64,000 bases of DNA from Williopsis jadinii (lineage: Eukaryota). The DNA lies in NCBI GenBank assembly GCA_024346625.1, contig AP024665.1, positions 806,001 through 870,000 of the forward strand, given 5' to 3'. The position numbers and the translations under genes are program-made. Under the pieces are notes generated by a model. The model saw only the letters and a list, made by a program, of their open reading frames with translations, made no database searches and was not told the origin of the DNA. Below, one piece after another: positions 45,033 through 56,546 of the stretch; within the stretch, counting starts at the first letter, position 1; each line of letters starts with the position of its first letter.

Positions 45033-47435
45033 CTAAGAATCCTCATCCTTTTCATTCTTCTCGCTAGCAAATGCAATGTCCAATTGGTCGAAAACCTCTG
45101 TTTGATCACCAATATCACTAAATTTCACAATCATTGAGTCAAAAGCAAAGCAATAATCTGCTTCAACAACTGTATTGTTGGAGATTTGTGGAAGCTGAGG
45201 GTATCTTTGTGAGAAATGGGTAAGAATTAACTTGCGTGACTTCATAACATTGGATACTTCAATAGCTTCGTTAATGGTACAATGTCTTTTCTTCTTCGCC
45301 TCTTCTAACAGATCATTTTCCAATGTTGCTTCGTGTATCAGCAGGTCACTATTTTGTCCAATAACTTCAGCAAACATATAAGTGTTCGGTCTCGTATCAC
45401 CAGAGTACGATACCTTGAAGGTGTTCGAGTTATCATTGTCCACATTCATGCTGTCAGAGTCCAATTTCAAACTGATAGAGCAACAATAGGCCCAATCACA
45501 ATGGTAGGCACGACAAGTTTCAAACTTTTCAATACCAACATCTTGAAAGAATTGGTTCACGGACTGCGAGTCTCTTTTAAATTTCACATCTTCTTTCTTG
45601 TTCTCGTTTCTGTCTGTCATGAAACTCTCAAATGGTATCTGTGCAATCTGAGGCCTTGTCTTGCCCACAAGGAAGTCTTCACAGCTTATATGAACGATTC
45701 TTTCAATTCCTGATATATCGGTCTCCATCTTAAGCCATTCATAAACAAAATGAGAGTACTGCCATGGAGTGACTAAGTATAGCTTATCGTCATCAGAAGT
45801 ATTGAATTTTAGCCATTCCTTCAAGATGGAAATGATTCCCAAATGGTGATCGGCATGTAGGTGACTCAAGTAAACCAGTTGCAGTTCTCTCATGTAAGAT
45901 TCAAGATTCTCTTGACGTAGAGTTCTTTTCATACTACCAAGGGTATTTTCACCAGCATCCAGTAGTATAGATCTGAATTGAGTGATTTCCCCCTTCTTGT
46001 ATGGTACTCTCACAAGATTTGAAATAACATTTCTGTATTTCGAAGGAAGGGCAGAACCAGTACCAAAAGTTATAGTTTCCACTTGACCCTTCAAAGGTTG
46101 GTTTGGGTCAATTGAATTTGATGAAACGTTCTTCAAGTCCAGCACTTGTTCTTTTGTATTGTTAGTTTTAAGATCAAGAGGTGTCACTTCAGTATCGTAA
46201 GTGTTGCTCCAATCCTTTTCTGTCTTTAAGGAAACTGCACTATCATCAAACGTGTACTTGTTGTCTGAATCAGCAGCAGCAGCTTCGATGTTGACAACTT
46301 GTCCTTGAACCAGAATCTTGATGTTTGCTGGGATCTCATGGGGTAACTGCACTAGAGCTCCACTAGATTCTGGTAAGTTGTACTTATCCAATTGCAGTGT
46401 TTTCAGCTTCAGGATAACTTTGGACGAACCATTAAAGGTCAAAGAGTTTGGGCTATATAACGGATGAGAAATGTAATGCGTACATGCAGGGCCAAACTCT
46501 CTGATGAATTTCATATATTCACCATCAAATGGGTCAATATCCTTGCCCAAGAAATGATACACAATGCCCACGTTCTCACCCCATTGTGTAGATAGTAACG
46601 ACTCAGTATAATCTATCGAAGGGACATCGAGTATCAAAATCCTCTTAAAGATTCTTTGTTCCGAAACCACCTGGTCTGGTTTAATCACTGTCCCATCATC
46701 TAACGTTATCTCAGACCCATTTGCCAGCTTTGCAAACAGTGGTCCCTTTGGAATCCCCAGCTCAATGGCCTTCTTTGGGTTAAATTTACCCCTAACAGGG
46801 TGAAGATCGATGGCATAGCAAGTGGAAGCCTCTTTAGCTTCTATATCTGGTAATTTAACATGAATATAAGGATCTGATAGAGTTGGATCACTTTTCTGCG
46901 AAACTCCGTCACTCTCCATTTCAACAGGAGTGTTATTGTTCACGTCTAATGGCAACATGCGCTGGACTATAGCTCGAAGCTTCTCGGAAACCTCATCCGA
47001 CAAGGGTTCATTGTTATCTGATTTCGAAGAGTTAATCACAAATGCTTGCACATCCATAATCTCATCTCGATGTGGATGGTGTTGTGCAATCACTCTCGGA
47101 TTCAAAGCCATCCCAAACCTGAATACGTAGTATCTCCAAGTTGATACGACATACTCCAAGATGTTCGACCCATGGAACAGATTCAGGTCCTTTTTCCCCT
47201 GATCACTGACAGTCAGGATCAAGCCAGGTAGTCCACCTATCGATTCCCAGTTCAACTTGCCGGTAAGGAAGATGCCGTATAGCTTTGATACTCGAAGCTT
47301 CTGTTCGTTGAGGCATCTCTGTAACCCCTCTGGAACCTTACCAAAGATGTACCTTTTACCCTGGGAGGTGTGCAGCAGAATAGCAGGATGCTGGATATCA
47401 GCAGTTGGATGAGTTATCGTTCTGAATGGATACAT
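45033..47435 (-). CDS. TRZ1: tRNase Z long form (AUG-initiated; a GUG-initiated extension to 47645 is likely)
   Basis: MYPFRTITHPT start; flexible arm GIPKGP; GTGSALPSKYRNV, HLHADHH, SYSGDT, HEAT and HFSQRY. Confidence 0.95.
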   Translation of the reverse strand: MYPFRTITHPTADIQHPAILLHTSQGKRYIFGKVPEGLQRCLNEQKLRVSKLYGIFLTGKLNWESIGGLPGLILTVSDQGKKDLNLFHGSNILEYVVSTWRYYVFRFGMALNPRVIAQHHPHRDEIMDVQAFVINSSKSDNNEPLSDEVSEKLRAIVQRMLPLDVNNNTPVEMESDGVSQKSDPTLSDPYIHVKLPDIEAKEASTCYAIDLHPVRGKFNPKKAIELGIPKGPLFAKLANGSEITLDDGTVIKPDQVVSEQRIFKRILILDVPSIDYTESLLSTQWGENVGIVYHFLGKDIDPFDGEYMKFIREFGPACTHYISHPLYSPNSLTFNGSSKVILKLKTLQLDKYNLPESSGALVQLPHEIPANIKILVQGQVVNIEAAAADSDNKYTFDDSAVSLKTEKDWSNTYDTEVTPLDLKTNNTKEQVLDLKNVSSNSIDPNQPLKGQVETITFGTGSALPSKYRNVISNLVRVPYKKGEITQFRSILLDAGENTLGSMKRTLRQENLESYMRELQLVYLSHLHADHHLGIISILKEWLKFNTSDDDKLYLVTPWQYSHFVYEWLKMETDISGIERIVHISCEDFLVGKTRPQIAQIPFESFMTDRNENKKEDVKFKRDSQSVNQFFQDVGIEKFETCRAYHCDWAYCCSISLKLDSDSMNVDNDNSNTFKVSYSGDTRPNTYMFAEVIGQNSDLLIHEATLENDLLEEAKKKRHCTINEAIEVSNVMKSRKLILTHFSQRYPQLPQISNNTVVEADYCFAFDSMIVKFSDIGDQTEVFDQLDIAFASEKNEKDEDS

Positions 47436-47652
47436 GGCCTCTGGCAACACAGGACGCTTCTTTGGCTTGGTATGATCTTTCTTGAGCTCACGCTTGACGT
47501 CCTTAACAGTGTCCTTTTCCGTCCCGCTCTTCAGCCTGACGCTCTTCGCTCTCTTCTTTAACACGAGCTGTGGAACCACGTGGACTGCTCTACTGGTCAG
47601 GATCAACGATGGCCTTCGTGGGGGTTGTCTAGCAATCGAGAACACTTTGAAC

Positions 47653-47677
47653 GAGATGAGATGAGATGAGATGAGAT
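47653..47677. repeat. (GAGAT)5 microsatellite forming tandem GATGAG PAC cores upstream of TRZ1
   Basis: Five exact GAGAT copies; RRPE-like TGAATTTTTT at 47852. Confidence 0.75.
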
Positions 47678-48024
47678 GGTATTCCGGCTCCTACTTCACG
47701 GCTTGTCCTTCTGTCAACCTTTCAAAGCGACACACTGCAACTGCTACTTCTGACAGATTGCTTACAATCGCTTCCAACTCGACGACTCGAAGAGACTTGT
47801 GCCAGAGCTGAGAGGACTCTCCTCTAGAGGATGTAAACACTCAGCAGCTGGTGAATTTTTTTCTTCTCCGGCCGCCGTCCTGCCTGGCTTTGTGGCCTAC
47901 GCGCCAACGCCCGCCCCCGCGGTAGGCAGGGCCCTCGGTAGGTGGGCCAGCCAGGCAGGAAGAGTCCTCATCTCCAGCGAGACTACAAAGTGGTGGGAAG
48001 TAAAACAAGCGTTGGATCAGACGT

Positions 48025-49701
48025 TTATCCTCTTAGATGAGCCGTGGCATTCTTATAGAGACTCTGCCAGATGAATGCTTCACTCAGTAAAAGTTCTATA
48101 TCCTTTTCTGTCCAGTTCTTAGTCGGTGGGTCCTGTAAGAACATCATGATGGCCTGGAAATCCATCTTCTTCAGCTCGTCGCTCCACTTGACCAAGTAGG
48201 CTGCGCAGACGTAGACGTGGAATTCGCTGAAGCCATTCGGTTCACTGAGATAGGTGTCCCACATACGGATTGTGCTCTCCATGCTGATTTCTCTCATCAA
48301 CAAACAGTTCATCCATCTAAAGGAGAACTGGATGAACTCAACGTTTTCGTCATCCAGATGGTTTGACAACTCTGTATCAATTCTCCTCACGAGGTCTTTC
48401 AATTCGTTCACTTGTCGTATGATGCCTGGCTGTGCATGGATGTAGTTATCCTGGATGCCTTCCAAGAGCTTTGTTAGGCACCAGAACGTATCGGCCTCTA
48501 TGGCATCTATCGAATCTTTTGGCAAGGTACTTGGATCGAATTGCGTCACATCGGTTTCATCCTTGATGTATGCGCTCAGAAAGGTCTGATAGAAAGGCGT
48601 TGCCAAATCATTGATACCCTGAACATAACCAGATGCAGGATGTCTGACAGCCCATAGGTATAGAATTCTTTCCAGTGATCTCTGAGTGGACTTGAACCCA
48701 TACAGCTTGATACGTGGATTTGTTCTTGGAATGTCAATTTCGATTTGATGCCATGTCTGTGCGTCTTTTTCCTTAGTGAATTCTTGTTCTATGAGTCCCA
48801 AGTACTCTTGTCTCTTTCTGTGAAGTTGTGCTTCACGTCTATTGGAATTAGTAGGGAGGTATCCAACTAATAATTGCCAACTAATCGGTCTTAATTCAGA
48901 AGGGATACCATTCCATGCCATTTTTTTCAGTTTGTCCATATCCACAGTTGATTCTTCAACGAGATGCTTAAATCTATGGTACCTGGATAGTTTTGCATTC
49001 ATCTCTTCCAACTCTTTATGACTCTCTTCTTCTTGGAGGATATGTGGTGCATAGAGTGCGAGAGCTCCATCATCTGTGCTGGATTTGACACCGGAGCTGA
49101 TCTTTCTAATCAATGGGTACTCAAAGGTGGGCTTATTCTCAATGAACTTGGGCTGTGAATTCACACTTGTCAAGCAATTCTCAACGTTTGAGTCCCAGTC
49201 GTCATCCAAATCGGTATAATGTTCTGAGTCCCTTGGGGTTGATAACCCTGAGGAGGTCCATCGTTGTAGATTCTTAGACTTGGAAGAGCTCTTCTTACCG
49301 GTGTTACTCGATGGAAGGCTCACCACCGATGATACAACGTCATTACTTATACCCAGATGTGAGAACGAGGCCCCCATTGTTCTAACCTGGTCATCCGCAA
49401 CTATGGACTTCTTATCCTTGAATGCGGACGTTATCGTCTTCAACAGCGACGGAACAGACTTGGAGTGAAGATGTGTTCCTCTGCCACCACCTTCTTCGAA
49501 CAGGAATTCGTTCTGGTCTAATATGCTGTGTTAGTCTCTATTGTCTGCCTCGTCTCGTCATTTTCGGCATGCTGGGCTTTAATACTTACTGACCTGAACC
49601 ATCTCCTAGAAGTTCCACACAGTTAGTAATCCAATTCATTTCAACGATGAACGCAGACATGTGAGACGTACCGGCTGGTTACTCGAGCTTCGTCTCCCCA
49701 T
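48025..49701 (-). CDS. GYP1: TBC-domain Rab GAP Gyp1, three exons (49701-49672, 49605-49590, 49517-48025)
   Basis: TBC motifs QIEIDIPRT, GYVQGINDL and FRWMNCLLMRE. Introns 49671-49606 (GTACGT, TACTAAC, TAG) and 49589-49518 (GTAAGT, GACTAAC, TAG) restore the frame. Confidence 0.88.
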
Positions 49702-50006
49702 CTTGTGAATTCTGGTGTAAATCCTTTATACGGGACGAGAGATGTACGGAGTTTAAGGCTTCACCTCTGCTTTGCTCTCTTAGTCTTCCCTCTTGATGAG
49801 TCTACCAATCCTTCAAGCAGGCAGATTCCACGTCTTGTATCTTGCCAAATGATACACAGATCCTGAGTGAGAGCACAATGTGAGGCTATAGCAGATCAAC
49901 AAAGGGCCCTTGACCGTGATTGTTGTGTGTTTGTGTGTGTTTTCCTCAACTGGGACAGAATCCGTGTGTTTCCCGCAAACGAGCACCGTGCTGACAACGA
50001 GACGTA

Positions 50007-50127
50007 AACACCCGTACACCCAAACATCCAAACACCACATTACCACAACACAAAAATACCCAATTAGGTAAGTAGCCATGTCGGGAAACAGCACGGTTCG
50101 CGCAACACAGAGTGCCTGCCCGAGTCA
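50007..50127. promoter_or_regulatory. Rap1-like and Bas1/Gcn4-like sites in the GYP1-MTD1 divergent promoter
   Basis: ACACCCGTACACC near 50008; GAGTCA (TGACTC on the - strand) at 50122-50127. Confidence 0.45.
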
Positions 50128-50335
50128 AATTTTATTTGTGTCCCTGGGCCTAAATTAAATTCGTTGTGTCAAAAGCGAAAAGGAAGAGCAGAGAAATGCG
50201 AAGAGGCCCACAGAAAATTTATCTCAAGATTGTGCTTTGTCTCCTCCCCCTTTTTCTCCAGTTGTGTGTTTGTAATACACCAATCGCATAGGCCTCCACT
50301 ACTGGATACCGTTAGTTCATTACACAGCTGAAGCC

Positions 50336-51283
50336 ATGTCCACCACCGAAGTTAAGCCAGTTGGGCGTACGATTTTAGCCTCGACTATAGCGAAGACGTA
50401 TATCAGCGAAGTTGAAGATGGCGTCCGTAAGCTCGGTAGATCGCCAAAGCTGGTTGGCTTTCTTGCCAATGCTGATCCAGCTGCGAAGATGTATGCTGAA
50501 TGGACAGGGAAGACGTCAGAGTCGCTCGGGTTCACGTATGAGCTGAGGGTCGTTGACAAGGATGATTTGGAAGAGTCCATCATCGACGCCAATGAGGATG
50601 ATTCTGTTGATGGTATAATGGTGTATTTCCCAGTGTTTGGCAACAGACAAGACCAATACCTACAACAGGTTGTCTCGTTGGAGAAAGACGTCGAGGGACT
50701 GAACCATAAATACATCCAGAACATGTACCATAACATCAGATTCCTCGATGAGGAAGAACAACAGAAGTCTATTCTTCCCTGTACACCATTAGCCCTTGTC
50801 AAGATTTTGGAATATTTGGGTGTCTATAACACACTGCTGGACTACGGTAACAGAATGTACGGTAAGCAAGTTGTCATTGTGAATAGATCTGAAATTGTTG
50901 GCCGTCCCCTTGCAGCTTTATTGGCAAATGACGGTGCTACCGTATATTCTGTTGATCTTGACGGCATCCAGAGATTCACGAGAGGCGCAGGGCTTCATCT
51001 GAAGAGACATAAAGTCGAAGACGTCGACTTGACTTTGGAAGACGTTGCAAAGAATGCCGACGTCATCGTCACCGGTGTTCCATCTCCAAACTACAAATTC
51101 CCAAAGGAGTTGGTTAAGGATGGTGCCGTCTGTGTAAACTTCTCCTCTGAGAAGAACTTCAACCCAGACGTCAAGGAAAAGGCCTCACTGTACGTTCCAA
51201 TGACTGGTAAAGTCACCATCGCAATGCTATTGAGAAACTTGTTGAGATTGATCGATAACAAGGTTGCAAACAAGTCAAAATGA
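50336..51283 (+). CDS. MTD1: NAD-dependent methylenetetrahydrofolate dehydrogenase
   Basis: Motifs GIMVYFPVFGNRQDQYLQQ, KDVEGL, ILPCTPLA and NRSEIVGRPLAALLANDGA. Confidence 0.96.
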   Translation: MSTTEVKPVGRTILASTIAKTYISEVEDGVRKLGRSPKLVGFLANADPAAKMYAEWTGKTSESLGFTYELRVVDKDDLEESIIDANEDDSVDGIMVYFPVFGNRQDQYLQQVVSLEKDVEGLNHKYIQNMYHNIRFLDEEEQQKSILPCTPLALVKILEYLGVYNTLLDYGNRMYGKQVVIVNRSEIVGRPLAALLANDGATVYSVDLDGIQRFTRGAGLHLKRHKVEDVDLTLEDVAKNADVIVTGVPSPNYKFPKELVKDGAVCVNFSSEKNFNPDVKEKASLYVPMTGKVTIAMLLRNLLRLIDNKVANKSK

Positions 51284-51396
51284 ACAAGGCGAGGTTGTTA
51301 CTACACCATTTAGAAACATATTAAGCTTTTAATGAAATACACATTCTTTCTTTTTATACACTGAAACCCACTCTCATCTTCTCAGCTTCTTCAGAT

Positions 51397-52420
51397 TTAT
51401 ATCTTGGCCTTCTTGGTGACAGGCTCTTCAGGTTCATCGTCGTAGACTGGATCGTCAAAGTCCTCGCCAACTTGGTCGTATCTCTTCTTCAAACCCTTCA
51501 TCTTTCTCGTCTGTAAGTTGTTCAAATCCTGTTTACCAACGTGAACTCTACCGAACTTATCACCCATCAAGTCGGTCTCAACGTTCTTGACCGTCTTTTG
51601 TTGGAGTTGTTTTGGTTTCTTCATAGCCTCCTTCTCCATCTCTGCTGCTGGAGCCTCACGTCTACCAACGGCGAAGTCCAATCTTGGCCCAATCTCGTTA
51701 AGCTCAACCCTTGGCACCTTTTGATTACTCTTGAAGGTCTTTAACGTGTACACTCTGAAATGAACCTGAGGTAAAGGTTGGCCCTCTTCGTAGTCACCAG
51801 CGGTGATGGAAATTATATACTGCAACCCAGCAACATCTTGCAAGTCTGTGGTGTCACCTCTAAACATATCAAGGAACAAAGACTTGATATGCTGATAGAC
51901 CGGATGAGTTTCGAAAACTGACCCGTTAAAGGTAAACATCGGTTTGAGTCCAAGGGTGAAGGTGGTCTTTCTGAAATCTTGGAGCAATTTGTAGTTGTCC
52001 ATAACCATGAGCTCAATCATATCGTAAATCTTATACCCAAAGGTTCTGATGAAGGTGAGATTGTTTCTTCTCTTCTTCGTACTGCTGGAAAACACAATCA
52101 AAGAACAGTCGTTCTTTTCTGAAAAGAACTCCAGCTTGGATGCATCTTCAAACGGTCTGATATCGTTCTTCTTCGAGAAACGCTTGATATCTGGCTTCTT
52201 CAAGGCGCTTAGATCAACCATAACATCGTGTAATAGCTTCGTGCTGTTAGATCCTGGTACAAAAAGAGCAGTCTTGGTGTTCTCAACAAGCTTAGACTCT
52301 TTGTTCTTCAGCGCTCTCTTGGAACGAGCATTCTTAGGTTTACTGCTTCCATGTTAGTATCTCTGATTCCTCATCACTCTCCAGCAGCTAATGGGTATAC
52401 ACATACACTGTTCTGATCAT
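51397..52420 (-). CDS. RPF2: Brix-domain ribosome biogenesis protein Rpf2, two exons (52420-52407, 52342-51397)
   Basis: Intron 52406-52343 (GTATGT, TACTAAC, CAG) gives MIRTVKPKNARSKRAL; ELNEIGPRLDF and LQTRKMKGLK. Confidence 0.94.
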
Positions 52421-52485
52421 TCCGCCGGTGTTGTTCCTTTATGTCTCGAGATGTCAAGAGCTGGCGCTATGGGCTCTTCTGCTCG

Positions 52486-52534
52486 GAAATTTTTTCTCCT
52501 TCCCAAGCTGCATAAGCCTGTGCGATGAGATGAG
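52486..52534. promoter_or_regulatory. RRPE-like and double PAC elements in the RPF2 promoter
   Basis: GAAATTTTTTC at 52486-52496 and GCGATGAGATGAG at 52522-52534. Confidence 0.65.
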
Positions 52535-53005
52535 GCGAGATCCGGTTGTTTTTCTGGTGGGTGAGAGCCCGGTTTTCGACAGTGATAGGGATGGTCGGAA
52601 TTGCCATGTATGGCTAAATTCGAGGGCCGTCAGTTGGATGCTACGGGTCCATACCTCAATTATCTGATATTAATCCTTATTTAATACCTTTATGTTTGTA
52701 TGTATATATAGGTAGAATGATGTAGAGGATTATCTGGCACTTATTGCTTACAACGGGCCCTTGATGATGCTCCAATGTTGTGCTAATTGGCCTCTAGTGA
52801 ATAGTGACATCTTTCCCGTATTGTATTCTTTGGCCGGGTAATCCTTCAAAAGTTTTTCTGTTTTTTTGTGTTTGTTCCTCGCACTCGTAAACGTAAACAA
52901 AGGGCGACAACAACAACAGCATCAACAACTAAGTAAAAGTACCAACGCTGGCAGTTAATCTTAGCGGGAGTATTCTAAAAAACTTGTTGCTTGCTTCCTT
53001 CTGAA

Positions 53006-56000
53006 ATGGCAGAAACATCACAGTTCTCTTTAAGGAACGGCTCTCCATCGTTTGTGCCACGTGGATTTGCTACAAGAGAAGGGTTTTCAAAGAGTGTTGA
53101 TCCAAGGCCAGATGACGGTTTGAAAACACCACGTAACTTCACCAATGCGTCTGCTGAACTGACAAGGAATTCGAATTACGTCGTGTCCAAACTGGTGGCC
53201 ACACCGAATGCCTTGAAATCATCCGCGAGGGAGAACGTGACTGGATTGATCAACGAGACAACTTCCCATGCCCTTCTCATTTCAGACTCATCTGTCTCTG
53301 TGTGGAAGTACAACTCTAGTGATAACATCCCAGTGACTATAAACTTGCCTGTGGCGCCTGCAAATGCCGGGTTTCCTCCTATCGCTCATTTGGTTTCGCC
53401 TAATCCTGGATCCTCCGATCCAGGTGTCGTCATCATCAATTCACGCACTGGTCATGTTAGATATTATGACAACATCGAAACTGCTTCTTCAATCGGGTTA
53501 TTACAACACCACAGGGGTATAGATGCTCAAATAAGACTTTCAGATAGAGAGATCATCGTTTCATCCGAATCTATTGAGCCTGCTGGTATTTTACTTGCAA
53601 CGTCAACCGGCCGTGTCTTCCTCGTGTCGTTAAGAGACGCTGCTGGTAACCCTAACATCACTCTATCTGAAATTGTCCGCAGACAATCATCCTTCTTCAC
53701 ATTCTCTCTATCTCCACAGAGGCAAATTGCAGCTATCAAGGCTGGTGCTGTCTTAGGACAGGGAAGTAGAATTGCCATCACTGTCACCAGAGGAGGAGAG
53801 GTTGTCATTAGATCTTGTGCAAGAGGAGGGCAATCGAATGTGATCTTGCAGCAGAATATACACCAGTCACTCGTTGAACATCTGTCCCTGGATGAACAGT
53901 ACAAGGGTGTCGATATCGATAAAAATCTTGAGATTGTCGATTTGGCGCTGTTGAACAACTTTGACTCACAGGACGTTTTCTTAGTATTGACGAACATCAA
54001 GATAAATGCCAACGAAAACTCATACGTTACTTTTGTCATAAGAAGAGATGACACTCAACTGTTACTCTTCTCTGCATATAGAGTGCGTACGTACTATACG
54101 CCTTACACAAAGCAGCCACAACTCTACGTTCCATCACCAGGTTCAACGGCATTCATCATCTTCGAGGATGCAATTGTATTAACACAATTACCAACTGAAC
54201 TTGATCATGTCAAAAACAACAGATTGAGAAAATGGGAGGATGTCATCACTTTTAGACATGGGCTCAAAATAGTTGGTAGCGGTATTGAAAACTATCTGGA
54301 ATTGGATAAGGAGATACTCAAACTACCCTCTGCGTACGTGCTCATTCCTGAGATTGGTGTCCTGCGGATTGAAAGATTACCACAGGATGAGTCGAAATTG
54401 TATGACGAATCACACCCAAGCGTACTGAAATCTCATATTGAGCAAGCGGTGTTTTATGGTGGTGAAAATCTTGGACCACTGGAGTTCGATCTTCCAGAAG
54501 GAATACAAATCGATTCGGTTGAATTGAAGCAAGGACTGCTTGAGGTTGCCACTGAAATCATGAACTCCAATTCAGCATACCTACCTCCAAGACTATCATC
54601 TATCGAATCCCATTTACAGCTTCGTCAGTCAAAGTTGAAGAGACTATTGGAGTATACTGCTTCAAACTTTAGTACGATTATTGACGAAGACCTTGTCATT
54701 CAGCTGGTGAGAGCGTTCGAAAAGGTTACTGCAGCACATGATATTTACAAGGTCCTTGAAAAATCCAACACAACGACCGCTGTTAACACTATAGTTGATC
54801 AAGCTGTTCAAACGTTCAGTACGCCAAATGGGGACTTTTTCCACGCTGGATTAACAAACATTAACGAGTTCATCTTAATGATTCTCAAATCGTTGAATAA
54901 AACTGGAGGGAATGAAGCTTTTGCTGTCGAATTACTGACTAGAGCGTTTATTCCTGTGTTGGAGGCTGAAAAGGTTTATCGTTATGGGCTATTTAAATTG
55001 GATGACTCTTTTATAGGCTCTGAAGAACCATGGTTTGCTGCCAATGACGTATATTTTGACATTGACGAAGCATTTGAAAAGTATGCTACTATTACACGTC
55101 CAAGCTTGCCAAATGCGGTTGCGTCTCAGATGTGTGTGGAGTTGACAGAAATACTATTCTATGACTTGCAGCAAAGACTTACATGGTTAAAATCTAAGGT
55201 TACAAAGTCAAAGGCTGATCAGGCTGCCATTGAACAGTGTGAAACATTCTATAAGGCCAGATCTACCATTTGGACAAAGACGTTGGTTGTCTTTGGTTCC
55301 AAAATTGAAGCTCTTGCAATTGCGGAAACATATCAAGATTTGCAGTCACTTGCTGAAATATCAGATGGAGAAAGGGAAACTGCCAAAGGTGTCGAATTGG
55401 ACAATATTCACCTACGCTTCGACTACTATTTCAATAAGTTTGGCTATGCATTTGCTGAGACTCTTTACAATTACTACATCCATACTGGGAAATACCAGGT
55501 GCTGATACTTGGTTTCCAAGAGTACAGTGAATACTTGAAAAGATTCTTTACCGAAAATGATCATCGCAAGATTTCATGGGCAAGAGATATCTTGGATGGT
55601 GACTACACGAAGGCAGCTGATATACTTCTTTCTGTCTCTCAGAAGAGCACAGAAAAGCAAACACACAAACATTTGCAATTGAGTATTGCAAAGTTGTCTG
55701 CCCTTGCTGATGTCAACCAGAATGTGGATTTGATCCAAGATATTCAAGAGGAATTAGACTTTGCAGATGCACAATCTAGTATTTTTGACCAGATAAGTCA
55801 GTTCATAAGATCTGATAGCGATCCAGCTGCTCAAACAGATGCAATCGTCTCTGAACTTCTACAACAGCAGTATAAGAATGATGTAACCATCAAGCACACT
55901 TCCCAAAGAGCTCTGAATAGATTGCTTGGTAACAAATCCGTGTCTGTCAATGAGTTGATTGATATATTTACGCTCATTGATTCCAAGATTACTCAAAACA

Positions 56001-56497
56001 GTTTAAACTGTTTTTATGCCCTCAAAGTTCTCCATTTGAGCTCACAGCCTGAAAGAGAAAAAGTCATTAATGAAAGACTTATCTGGACTAGAGCTTTACT
56101 TGCTGATGATTGGGAGAGTATTATCGCTTCTGAAAATAAGTCAGATGAGTGGATCAAAGAACGCTCTGAAAGTACTGTCTTATTTACAACACTGCTGAAC
56201 TTCTTTAAAGACCATGTGTACACTGTTAATAATGATTATCAAATATCATTACCAGATGTGACATTGCTTGCTAATTTGGGAACAGATGAAGAGCTCTTGT
56301 CCAGATTCACATTTATTGGTGATGAAGAACTACAAGCTTTGAAGAAGGAGCTCAACTCACACAGCTCCGTGATCGATGGTTTGATCTCTTCTGCTAATCT
56401 TGAAGGATGGGTCAAAGCACTTATTGGCACTGCTAATGAGAAGAGTGGTGCTGATAAAGTGATAAACTACAGTCAACTTATAATCCAAAATCCATAA
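53006..56497 (+). CDS. NUP133: Nucleoporin Nup133
   Basis: ATG at 53006; beta-propeller plus alpha-solenoid layout; KWEDVITF, SHIEQAVF and LQLSIAKLS; RPF2-NUP133-DAD2 order matches YKR081C-083C. Confidence 0.9.
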   Translation: MAETSQFSLRNGSPSFVPRGFATREGFSKSVDPRPDDGLKTPRNFTNASAELTRNSNYVVSKLVATPNALKSSARENVTGLINETTSHALLISDSSVSVWKYNSSDNIPVTINLPVAPANAGFPPIAHLVSPNPGSSDPGVVIINSRTGHVRYYDNIETASSIGLLQHHRGIDAQIRLSDREIIVSSESIEPAGILLATSTGRVFLVSLRDAAGNPNITLSEIVRRQSSFFTFSLSPQRQIAAIKAGAVLGQGSRIAITVTRGGEVVIRSCARGGQSNVILQQNIHQSLVEHLSLDEQYKGVDIDKNLEIVDLALLNNFDSQDVFLVLTNIKINANENSYVTFVIRRDDTQLLLFSAYRVRTYYTPYTKQPQLYVPSPGSTAFIIFEDAIVLTQLPTELDHVKNNRLRKWEDVITFRHGLKIVGSGIENYLELDKEILKLPSAYVLIPEIGVLRIERLPQDESKLYDESHPSVLKSHIEQAVFYGGENLGPLEFDLPEGIQIDSVELKQGLLEVATEIMNSNSAYLPPRLSSIESHLQLRQSKLKRLLEYTASNFSTIIDEDLVIQLVRAFEKVTAAHDIYKVLEKSNTTTAVNTIVDQAVQTFSTPNGDFFHAGLTNINEFILMILKSLNKTGGNEAFAVELLTRAFIPVLEAEKVYRYGLFKLDDSFIGSEEPWFAANDVYFDIDEAFEKYATITRPSLPNAVASQMCVELTEILFYDLQQRLTWLKSKVTKSKADQAAIEQCETFYKARSTIWTKTLVVFGSKIEALAIAETYQDLQSLAEISDGERETAKGVELDNIHLRFDYYFNKFGYAFAETLYNYYIHTGKYQVLILGFQEYSEYLKRFFTENDHRKISWARDILDGDYTKAADILLSVSQKSTEKQTHKHLQLSIAKLSALADVNQNVDLIQDIQEELDFADAQSSIFDQISQFIRSDSDPAAQTDAIVSELLQQQYKNDVTIKHTSQRALNRLLGNKSVSVNELIDIFTLIDSKITQNSLNCFYALKVLHLSSQPEREKVINERLIWTRALLADDWESIIASENKSDEWIKERSESTVLFTTLLNFFKDHVYTVNNDYQISLPDVTLLANLGTDEELLSRFTFIGDEELQALKKELNSHSSVIDGLISSANLEGWVKALIGTANEKSGADKVINYSQLIIQNP

Positions 56498-56546
56498 CGT
56501 AAGGGTCAAAAGATGAAATCATTTACTCAGAATATATCGTAGTCAC

